A stretch of 64,000 nt of DNA. Source: Camelus ferus. Its lineage: Eukaryota. A program made the position numbers and the translations under genes. The notes under the pieces are model-generated. The model saw only the letters and a list, made by a program, of their open reading frames with translations, searched no databases and was not told the DNA's origin. The stretch covers positions 18,912,001 to 18,976,000 of the forward strand of contig NC_045697.1 in NCBI RefSeq assembly GCF_009834535.1, given 5' to 3'. Of the stretch, positions 41,400-52,246 are shown one piece after another; the first letter of the stretch is position 1; each line of letters begins with the position of its first letter.

Positions 41400-44020
41400 T
41401 CTCTAGAACTTTGTGAAGGATCAAAAATTGGAGGTATCACATGTTATAGAAGGCTTTGGTGGGCTATAGAGCTGAAAATGGAGATTGTGTGAAAGTCTGT
41501 GTCAGGAGGGATTAGACCCCCAGACTCTTCCCATCCTGTATATTCTGGTGACTCCTCCTCTCCAACAGGAGACGAGAGGTGTATATATTCATTACAGAAA
41601 CAGAATCAAGAAGGCTGTGAACTCAGAGACCTCAGACATAGAGCTAAACAGGAACGAGGCACCATATTGAAAACAGAGGAAGTAAGTGAAAGTTGGCCGA
41701 ATAGTGAGACTAATACCGCAGCCTTACCGCCATCACTGTGCCTGCCCAGCCTCCCCTTCTTCACCCTCCACCAGCTTTAGGTCCCCAGAGAGAAGGCTAA
41801 AGGGAATTTGGAGAAACCTCACCAAAAAAGAAAGAAAGAAAGAAAGAAAAGAAAAGAAAGAAAGGAGCTGGCTGGCTATAAAATTGCTTCACAGTGAAGC
41901 CCACCCCACTGGGTGCCCAGTCCTTGCAGACAGAGCTTCCAGTCAGTTGTTCATTGCCTCAGTCCTAAACATGAGTGACCAGTTCAGGAGCTCCAGATAT
42001 GTGAAATCTTGCAGTTTGAAAGGCATAGCTCAAAATTAAAACAAACAAAAAAATAAGGAAGAAGAAGTAGCCAATTTAGGGAATTAGTGCTTATCATGAC
42101 CACTAATAGTTATTTCAGGTGTGAATTTACACCTACCCTCACAAGATACAGTAGGCCATAACCTGCATGAGGTGCACTTAGATCTGTAGAATGAAACAGG
42201 ACAGAAAACATAGCATGTCAGTATATCATGTAGATCTTCAGTGGGAGTCCTTACAGCCAACCAGAGGCTACTTCCCAGCCCCCACAAGGAATTCGTGCAG
42301 TTGGAAATGACACGGTTACATGGCACAACACAGGGACGTCTCATATATAACAGGAACCATTTCTTGTAATGCACATGAGCATAGCTTCCAGGTCCTCTCA
42401 GGAGGCACATCAGGCAGCTTAAGTCTTCTGTTTTCCAACACCAGGCAGCTAAGGCCTGTGTTTGCCAATAGATTTTTATAGTCTACTTAGAGTCTTCCAT
42501 TTCAGATGTAATTTACCAGTCAAGGGTCATATTTTTTCAGTAAATTACATTGCTTAGTAATATAGCTGGCTTTCCTCTCCACAATGACCCAGTACATTTT
42601 CAGGGCACCAGTGCCGGGAGAAAATAAACCCAAGGTTATAATCTTATGGACAAAGAGGTTAGCCTGTTGTTAACCATTTCTTCCCAATAGTAGATTTAAA
42701 GCAAACATTAATATTCTCAGAGAGAAGGTATTATTAATGAAACAAGAATAGAATTTCACTAAAACAATAAAACAAAACAATAGAAAATGAAAAATAGCTT
42801 TTAGGAATCAAAAATACGGTATGCCAAAAATTTTTTTAAAGATCAGGAGAAAGCCAAGGAAGTCTCTGTCTGAAGACAGAGCAAAATCAAAAAGCCAAAG
42901 GGATCAAAAATAAGAGAGAAAAGTTTTTTTTAATAGAGGACCAATCCAGAAGGGTAAGCATCTGACCAATAGGAGTTCCAGAAAGAGAAAAACAGAGGTA
43001 AAAGAATTATTAAAAATTTTAAGAACTGAAAGACTGGAATCTTTCAGTCAGAAGTAGCATCAGACTTCTCAGCAGTAAGACTGGTAGCCAGATGATTTTG
43101 AAGTCATTCCTTTAAAAATCAAAATGATTTCAAGCCTAGAATTCTATATGTAACCAACAGTCAATCAAATGTGAAGTCAAAGGAGATATTTCCAGATGTA
43201 TGTGATCTAAAACATTTGCTCTTAATCAGGGGGCTATTGTATAATAGAAGTGCTCCAAAACAAGGTCATAAACAAAAAAAGCGAAATAGCGAATCCAGGA
43301 AATGAGATTCAGCCTAAGAGAAGAACAATTTCCCAGAAGGACAGTGAAGAGAAGTTCCAGGACAAAGTCTGTGCAACAGGACCAGAGCACAGCGCTTCCA
43401 AATTGGAGCAGGAGGTTGGAAGTTTCCAGAATGAGTGTGCGCAAGAAAAACACTCCAAGTACAGATGATCTGGCAGGTTTCACCACATGCAAATTGTTTT
43501 GTGGAGGGTCTTTTCAGAGTTGCTAAAGGGTATAGGAAGAGGTAAGTGATTAGATAAAATAGTACAAGTGAAAAAGTGGTTTAGTTATGAACGGTATGAA
43601 AAAAAGTATAACAAAGGAAACATTTATAACATACTGCATGCCTCAGCAGTGAATAATATTTAAATAGTCATGGTAATGTAAACTCTTAATTTAGATTTAA
43701 TCAAGAATTGATATATACTTATATTGGAATGATGGAGGGAGGAAAAGAGAATGTACATGAGCTAAAAATCCTCATTTATCATAAAAAATCAATAGGTATT
43801 TGAAACTGGTATATTAAAAATAGCAGTATATACTTGTGACTTCAGATATGGAGATAAATACCAGAAAAAAAAAGTTGAAAGTGTTGTTTCTGAATAGTGG
43901 GCCAATTATGATTGGGTTTGTGTCTGTGTGAATGCGTGTGTGTTGGGGAGGAGTACATAAGACAGGGAGCTGCTATTTTGTTGTTCCTGTTAAGTCTTTT
44001 AGCTGATTTAACTTCTATTT
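41400..44020 (+). mobile_element. Ancient HAL1/L1ME-like element (ORF1-like remnant + 3'UTR)
   Basis: Decayed ORF1 motifs: ataggagttccagaaagaga (IGVPE), tcagacttctca, cctagaattctatat (PRILY); no ORF2 seen before the 3'UTR-like tail; boundaries approximate. Confidence 0.6.
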
Positions 44021-44089
44021 ATTGCGTATAGAGATAGACTAGGTTGACGGTTAGGTGATTAGATTCTGAAGCCAACTAACCTGGTTTTA

Positions 44090-45801
44090 TTTTTTAAACA
44101 TTTTTTTATTGAGTTATAGTCATTTTACAATGTTGTGTCAAATTCCAGTGTAGAGCACAATTTTTCAGTTATACATGAACATACACATATTCATTGTCAC
44201 ATTCTTTTTCACCATGAGCTACCACAAGATCTTGTATGTATTTCCCTGTGCTATACAATATAATCTTGTTTATCCATTTTGCATATGCCTGTCAGTATCT
44301 ACAAATTTCAAACTCCCAGTCTGTCCCTTACCACCCCGCTCCCCACTGGCAACCACAAGTTTGTATTCTCTGTCTGTGAGTCTGTTTCTGTTTTGTATTT
44401 ATGCTTGTTTGTCTTTTTCTTTTCTTTTCTTTTCTTTTTTTTAGATTCCACATATGAGAGATCTCATATGGTATTTTTCTTTCTCTTTCTGGCTTACTTC
44501 ACTTAGAATGACATTCTCCAGGGACATCCACGTTGCTGCAAATGGCGTTATGTTGTTGTTTTTATGGCTGAATAGTATTCCACTGTATAAATATACCACA
44601 ACTGCTTTATCCAGTCATCTGTCAATGGACATTTAGGCTGTTTCCATGTTTTGGCTATTGTAAATAGTGCTGCTATGAACATTGGGGTACAGGTGTCTTT
44701 TTGAAGTAGGGTTCCTTCTGGATATATGCCCAGGAGTGGGATTCCTGGGTCACGTGGTAAGTCTAGTCCTAGTCTTTTGAGGAATCTCCATACTGTTTTC
44801 CACAGTGGCTGCACCAAACTGCATTCCCACCAGCAGTGTAGGAGGGTTCCTTTTTCTCCACAGCCTCTCCAGCATTTGTCATTTGTGGACTTTTGAATGA
44901 TGGCCATTCTGACTGGTGTGAAGTGATACCTCATTGTAGTTTTGATTTGCATTTCTCTGATAATTAGTGATATTGAGCATTTTTTCATGTGCCTATTGGT
45001 CATTTGTATTTCTTCGTTGGAGAATTGCTTGTTTAGGTCTTCTGCCCATTTTTGGATTGGGTTGTTTGTTTTTTTCTTATTGAGTCGTATGAACTGCTTA
45101 TATATTCTGGCGATCAAGCCTTTGTCGGTTTCATCTTTTGCAAAAATTTTCTCCCATTCTGTAGGTTGTCGCTTTGTTTTACTTATGGTTTCCTTTGCTG
45201 TGCAGAAGCTTGTAAATTTAATTAGGTCCCACTTGTTTATTTTTGCTTTTGTTTCTATTGCTTGGGTAGACTGCCCTAGGAGAACATTGCTGAGATGTAT
45301 GTGAGATAATGTTTTGCCTATATTTTCTTCTAGGAGGTTTATTGTATCTTGTCTTATGTTTAAGTCTTTGATCCATTTTGAGTTTATTTTTGTGTATGGT
45401 GTAAGGGAGTGTTCTAGCTTTATTGATTTACATGCTGCTGTCCAGTTTTCCCAACACCATTTGCTGAGGAGACCGTCTTTATTCCATTGTATACTCTTGC
45501 CTCTAAGATTAGTTGGCCAAAAGTTTATGGTTCATTTCTAGGCTCTCTATTCTGTTCCATTGGTCTATATGTCTGTTTTTGTACCAATACCATGCTGTCT
45601 TGATTACTATCGTCTGAAGTCTGGGAGAGTTACTCCTCCAGCCTCTTTCTTTTTCTTCAGTAATGCTTTGGCAACTCTAGGTCTTTTGTGGTTCCATATA
45701 AATTTTATTATGATTTGTTCTAGTTCTGTGAAATATGTCCTGGGTAATTTGATAGGGATTGCATTAAATCTGTAGATTGCCTTGGGCAGTATGACCATTT
45801 A
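44090..45801 (-). mobile_element. Relatively young 5'-truncated L1 (copy A, ~1.7 kb)
   Basis: ORF2 C-terminal peptides (44548..45117 and 45607..45798), 3'UTR and poly-T; perfect TSD AACCTGGTTTTA at 44078-44089 and 45802-45813. Confidence 0.97.
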
Positions 45802-45947
45802 AACCTGGTTTTAAATTCTTGCTCAGCCACTCACTGGCTGTGTGACCTTAGGCAAATTTTCTTGACCTTAAGTTTTAGTTTTCTTATAAATATATGGATA
45901 GTAGTATCTCACTGAAGTGTTGTGCAGATCAGTAAGTTAAGATATAA

Positions 45948-46378
45948 GTTATAGGTTGAATTGTGTTCCTTCAAAAAATACGTTGAAGTCCTGACCTGCA
46001 CTACATGTGAATGTGACCTCATTTGGAAATAGGGTCTTTGCAGATGAAATTAAGGTGATGTCTTACTGGAGCAGGGTGGGCCCCAAATCCAGTATGACTG
46101 TTGTCCTTATAAGAGGACAAGAAACACAGAAGAGAGACACACAAGGAGAATGTGATATGATAGGTAGAGTTTGCAGTGTTGCATCTATAAGCCAAGGAAC
46201 ACTGAGATGCCAGCAACACCAGAAGCTAAAAAGGCATGGAGCAGATTCTCTCCTAGAGCCTTCAGGGAGAGCATGGCCCTGTTTTACATCTTAATTTTGG
46301 ACTTTCCAGAACTGAGAATGAATTTCTGTTGTTTACAACTACATTTTTTTTTTAATGGCAGCCCTGGGAAACTTTATA
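45948..46378 (+). mobile_element. MaLR solo LTR (MLT1A/B-like)
   Basis: gttataggttgaattgtg..tgtgacctcatttggaaatagggtctttgcagat..ccttcagggagagcatggccctg..aatttctgttgttt..ggcagccctgggaaac. Confidence 0.85.
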
Positions 46379-47025
46379 ATATGTAAAAATGAAGCATATA
46401 GATGATCCTTGGAATATGGCAAGCAGTATATAACTATTAACCATTGCTACTGCAACTTTGATAAAAAAATTTTTAGAAACTTATTTTTAAAAGATGCTAG
46501 AAGTCCTATTAGCAATTTATACAAAGTGATATGGCTCTACAAAAGAAGTGTCAGATTCTTCTGGTAGTGGTGGGAGGTCTTCTTAGAGGTACTACCATTT
46601 GAAATAGTTTGAGGGAGTTTGTTAGGTAAAGAAGCAGGGGAAAGGTAATGTATGAAAAGGTTCAGCATTACATAAGTGGGACTCATTATGCCTTCTGTCT
46701 GTCTGAAGAGCCCTGGAACTGATATGGATTTATTCTGAACTATTGGAGAACCAAAAGCCTATGGCTAATTTTTAGAAAACTGGCTATATATACCTAATGT
46801 CTGAAGGCGTTAGGGATAGTTGTCCCTGCCTTTCCTGAATCATGTGGCCTGGTGATATATATTGATTTTGACTCCAGCATGCATAGTTTATCTGTAACCC
46901 TGGGCTGTCCTTATGAGCACTGAACTTGTAAGACTCAGTGAGTCTTATGTGAGCTTATAGTAGATGGCCTTTAAATGTTATTCATGATGTTATGTAGACG
47001 CATTCATGTTAAAAGGGAATTTCTT

Positions 47026-47231
47026 TTTTTTTTTAATTGAAGTATAGTGAATGTACAATATTGTATGTTTCAGATGTATAACATAGTGATTCACAATTTG
47101 TAAGGGTTATATTCCATTTATAGTTATCATAAAATATTGGCTATATTCCCTGTGTTGTACACATATCATTGTAGCTTATCTATTTTATGTGTAGTAGTTT
47201 GTACCTCTTAATTCCCTACCCCTATCTTGCC
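47026..47231 (-). mobile_element. Short L1 3' end
   Basis: Poly-T + ttgaagtatagt..; TSD AAAAGGGAATTTCTT (47011) / AAAAAGGAATTTCTT (47232); truncated at the C-rich (sense G-rich) tract. Confidence 0.85.
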
Positions 47232-48765
47232 AAAAAGGAATTTCTTGTAACTGAAGTTTATTAATTCTAAAGAGAAGTTGCTGATCAATTCCTGTTCACT
47301 AATTCAGTCATATGGAGGCAGAAGATTGGAACTAGAACTCAGTAGTGTGGTTAAATATTTAGTGGCCACCTCCCCCCCGCCACTGTGGTCACATAGCACT
47401 ATGCTAAATACTGGAGGTACAAGTAAGTGTAAGAGATAGTCCCTCTCTTCCAAGAGCTTCAGGCTAGTGGGGAGATTGACAGTAAAAAGGTCATTTCAAT
47501 ATGATGTGATTTTATGCTTTGATAGAGGTTGATAAAAGGTAATACTTGTTCATAGAGAAGAAAATCTGAGATTAGGGCCCAGGTCTACTGATAGTAAAAA
47601 ATCAGTGCAGAGCAGTGAAATAGAAAAAGGATGTTCAGAGTTCTTTTATGCTCCTTAACATGTCTCAGCACAAGTAAAATTTTCCATTGTGAATACAGAA
47701 CCTAATACTGGAATGTTTACTGTGCCTAAGTTCCTTTTGTAGTATGAAGATCAAGATTATTAAATCAAATGCCTTATTAATTCTAATGATTTCAATGAAG
47801 GAAGAGTGTTTGAAGTAAATGGATGACAGTGGCTGAAAATGGAAGAATGACATTAAATTTTTACATCTTTAGTAATTAAAAATTGGTAACAAGCTGCAAT
47901 GCTTTTTTAAAGTATAGATAAAAATCAAGCTAGTTCAGAGTTGAAATATAATGGCAGTTATTTAAAATCAATACAAAAATGAACTATGTGTGCATGTTCA
48001 GCTGAATAACTGTCTTATGAGGGACACAAATAAATCACTAGCTTAAATAATAATAGATTATTATGAAGGATTAAAACTAATTCCATTTTTTTAAAGGAGA
48101 GGGAAGTTTGGTTTTAGCAATCAGAATAGTAATAAAACACTAAGGCAGATATTAATAGAAATACTTAATTACTTATGGCATAAAAATAAGTGAATAATAT
48201 GGAATTGTTTTATATTTTAAAAACACCAGACAAATATGATTACTTTCCTTAGAGATTACTAAATAAGTAGAGGAAGTCTGCAGAATAAATCTAATTTATT
48301 CTTATTTTAGCAGAGCACTTGATAGTCTAATTTTGCTTAAAAATTAATTTAAGTTGTTTTGTATATTTGCAGTATTTAGTTGATTAAGAGCTGAGTGAAG
48401 TATGGTAGCATAGAAAGCACAGATACAGAATTATATTGGTAATTTTAGACAATGAATTTAGAAAATAAAATTGATAAGTGCTACATAGACTGTATGTATG
48501 TTTCAAGAAAGATTTGAATGTTTTAGTTTTTTACTCAAAAGAATAATTATTCTTTAGTTTTAGTGATTAGCTTATTACCTAAAAGGGAAAATTTTGGGTT
48601 AATGCATTACTATTTAAAGGTTCTATTTTAAATATTTGATGAAGCAAAGATTCATTTTACATTGTGATTTTTTTCACTTAAGTTGATGTTTAGATGAAGG
48701 CTTTTTTTTTTAATAATGTGTAGCAATGTCTGAGATGTATGTTAATTCTATGTGTTATTTTTCAG

Positions 48766-48838
48766 AAAGAATTCTTTGTAGAACTTGGCTTAACTACAGG
48801 ACAACTGGGTATAGATGACTCTACACAAGTGCCTCCTG
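48766..48838 (+). CDS. TBC1D19: TBC1D19 exon (probable exon 9, 73 nt)
   Basis: tttcag|AAAGAA...CCTG|gttagt; KEFFVELGLTTGQLGIDDSTQVPP(E); phase 0 to 1. Confidence 0.95.
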
Positions 48839-49683
48839 GTTAGTATTTCTCCATATGGCATATAATAAATGAACATGAGAGTAAGTTTAAGATTTATCTT
48901 ATTTTCAAATTAATGTAGTATTTTTTAATATCTGACAACTAACATGCTTATTGCCTCTACTTGGTTGCTATTAATTTATTGAATAGAATATTGTGTGTTG
49001 TAATTATTAGAGTTCAACTAGATTCTGTCTTTTTATTTGAAGGTCTTTAAAATAATTTTGAAAAGACATAAGACATATATAAGTCATTTTGTTGGCAAAA
49101 TCTTCATTAGCAACACTCGTATTTCCCTTTATTGGACATCACTATCTATTGTTTTTAATATCACCAATTTAAGTGAATACTGACATTCTATCTTGTATAA
49201 ACTTAGGCTTCAAAAATAGTGTCTCTTCATCCAGAAAATTACCCCGATGTTTCTCTTCTTGTGCATAAATACAATGTGCTTTACATAAAAGACCAGATTA
49301 ATGTTTAATTATGATAAACAGAAAGCAAAAATTGACATAAAATATGAGAGATCTATATTTTAGTAGAAATCATACTAGACAGGAGTCAGGGAACTGTTCC
49401 TGTCTTTCCTCTACCACTGGCTAGTTGTATGACTTGGAGAAGTCACTTTATATTTCTGGACTTGTTTCTTCCTCTATAAAATAAGGAAGTTGGCTGTTTA
49501 TTATTATTGCTGTTGTTAATAATAATAAACAGTTATTGAGCATATACTATGTGTTACGTGTGTTTTATCTCATTTTAACCACTCAGCAACTCGAGATATA
49601 GGTATGTATTATTACCATTTTAAAAACTTTATTAATTCATAATGCATATAGAGAAGTACATATATCATAAGAGAATGGCTTAA

Positions 49684-50947
49684 ACATAAGACAAGATACA
49701 ATAAACCTCCTAGAAGAAAATATAGGCAAAACATTATCTCACATACATCTCAGCAATGTTCTCCTAGGGCAGTCTACCCAAGCAATAGAAACAAAAGCAA
49801 AAATAAACAAGTGAGACCTAATTAAATTTACAAGCTTCTGCACAGCAAAGGAAACCATAAGTAAAACAAAGCGACAACCTACAGAATGGGAGAAAATTTT
49901 TGCAAAAGATGAAACCGACAAAGGCTTGATCGCCAGAATATATAAGCAGTTCATACGACTCAATAAGAAAAAAACAAACAACCCAATCCAAAAATGGGCA
50001 GAAGACCTAAACAAGCAATTCTCCAACGAAGAAATACAAATGACCAATAGGCACATGAAAAAATGCTCAATATCACTAATTATCAGAGAAATGCAAATCA
50101 AAACTACAATGAGGTATCACTTCACACCAGTCAGAATGGCCATCATTCAAAAGTCCACAAATGACAAATGCTGGAGAGGCTGTGGAGAAAAAGGAACCCT
50201 CCTACACTGCTGGTGGGAATGCAGTTTGGTGCAGCCACTGTGGAAAACAGTATGGAGATTCCTCAAAAGACTAGGACTAGACTTACCACGTGACCCAGGA
50301 ATCCCACTCCTGGGCATATATCCAGAAGGAACCCTACTTCAGAAAGACACCTGTACCCCAATGTTCATAGCAGCACTATTTACAATAGCCAAAACATGGA
50401 AACAGCCTAAATGTCCATTGACAGATGACTGGATAAAGCAGTTGTGGTATATTTATACAGTGGAATACTATTCAGCCATAAAAACAACAACATAACGCCA
50501 TTTGCAGCAACGTGGATGTCCCTGGAGAATGTCATTCTAAGTGAAGTAAGCCAGAAAGAGAAAGAAAAATACCATATGAGATCTCTCATATGTGGAATCT
50601 AAAAAAAAGAAAAGAAAAGAAAAGAAAAAGACAAACAAGCATAAATACAAAACAGAAACAGACTCACAGACAGAGAATACAAACTTGTGGTTGCCAGTGG
50701 GGAGCGGGGTGGTAAGGGACAGACTGGGAGTTTGAAATTTGTAGATACTGACAGGCATATGCAAAATGGATAAACAAGATTATATTGTATAGCACAGGGA
50801 AATACATACAAGATCTTGTGGTAGCTCATGGTGAAAAAGAATGTGACAATGAATATGTGTATGTTCATGTATAACTGAAAAATTGTGCTCTACACTGGAA
50901 ATTGGCGCATCATTGTAAAGTGACTATAACTCAATAAAATAAAATTT
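49684..50947 (+). mobile_element. 5'-truncated L1 (copy B, ~1.26 kb)
   Basis: ORF2 C-terminal ORF 49926..50495, 3'UTR, AATAAA and short A-tail; ~62-bp flanking direct repeat at 49622-49683 and 50948-51010. Confidence 0.97.
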
Positions 50948-51675
50948 AAAAAGCTTTATTAATGCATAATGCATATAGAAAAGTACATATATCATAAGAA
51001 AATGGCTTAATGAATTTTTATGAACTGTACATACCTGTTAAAGTACCACCAGATCAATAAACTGAAGCCCCCTTCTACACTCTTTCAGTCTTTATCTTCT
51101 ATGTCAGAAATAACTACTATTTTGATTTCTAGCAGCATAGAGTAGTTTTGTCATTTCTTGAACTTCTGTGAGTGGAAGCATATGGTATGCACTCTTTGAT
51201 GTTTGGCTTCTTTTGTTCAACATTATATTTATGCGATTCAGCCATATTGTTGTATGTATTTGAAGATCTTTTTTTTCCATTATCATGCTCCACTGAGTTC
51301 ATATATCACAAATTTATTTATTCATTTTACTGTTGATGGGCATTTGGGCAGTTTCAAGCTTAGGGCTATTAAAAATAAAGCTGCTATGAACATCCTACTA
51401 TGTCTTTCAGTGAACATATGGGCACCCTTTTGTTGAGTATACACCTGGGAATGTAATTTCTCAGTCCTAGGGTTTACAAAAGTTCAGCTTTAGTAGATAA
51501 CTGCCAAAGAACTTTGAAAAGTGGTAGAAGTACCAGTTTACACTTCCACCAACAATGTCTCTAAGTGGTGGTTGCTCTCCATGCTTGCTAATCCTTGGTG
51601 TGTTCCAGCTCCTTTGTTTTAGTCATTTTAGTGGTAGATAGTGGTATTGAACTATGATTTTAATTTGTCATATAA
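50948..51675 (-). mobile_element. Older L1M 3' fragment (host of copy B), itself nested in a MIR
   Basis: Antisense L1 3'UTR text; flanking repeat TATTAtTACCATTTTAAA (~49607) / TATTAcTACCATTTTAAA (~51689), with MIR halves on both sides. Confidence 0.75.
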
Positions 51676-51892
51676 TGTGAGGTAGAAGTATTACTACCAT
51701 TTTAAAGTTGAACAAGTGGAGGTGTTAAGTAACTTAGCCAAGGTCACAAAGCTAGTAAGTGATAGAACCAACATTCAAGACTAAGCAGCTTGCCTCCAAA
51801 GCCTGCTGTTATATACTGCCCCCGTTCCTGCCCTTTTTGATAGTCTTTTCTTATTTTATAAGAAGATATCAGATATCTTATAGAATAAGATA

Positions 51893-52246
51893 TTACTACA
51901 GTTTAAATGTTTGTGTCCCCCTAAAATTCGTATGTTGAAGTCCTAATCCCCAAGGTGATGGTATTAGGAGGTAAGGCCTTTGGAAAGTAGTTAGGTCAAG
52001 GGCAGAGCCCTCATGAGTTTGATTCGTGTCTTTGTAAAAGAGCTTTCTAGCCCCTTCCACCATGTGAGAACATAGCAGAAAGTTGGCAGTCTGAAACCCA
52101 GAAGAGGGCCTTCACCAGAACCCAACCATACTGGCACCCTGAACTTGGACTTCTAACCTCCGGAAGTGTGAAGTATAAATTTCTGTTGTTTATAAGCTGC
52201 CCAGCCTCTGGATAATTTGTTATAGCAGCCTGAACAAAGTAAGACA
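51893..52246 (+). mobile_element. MaLR solo LTR (MLT1A0/MST-like)
   Basis: aatgtttgtgtcccctaaaattcgtatgttgaagtcctaatcccc..gtattaggagg..tttgttatagcagcctgaac..taagaca. Confidence 0.85.

Larger units (their letters stand above)
44030..46445 (+). mobile_element. MIR, split by a young L1 and an MLT1 LTR
   Basis: ggttaggtgattagattctgaagcca..aacctggtttta | aattcttgctcagccactcactggctgtgtgaccttaggcaa.. | atgtaaaaatgaagc.. Confidence 0.7.

Noticed and set aside
44548..50495. Duplicated identical 189-aa ORFs (and the 120/89/75/60-aa antisense ORFs) as a novel gene pair
   Set aside because: They are the L1 ORF2 C-terminus and its antisense frames in 5'-truncated copies, with no promoter, endonuclease or RT domain.
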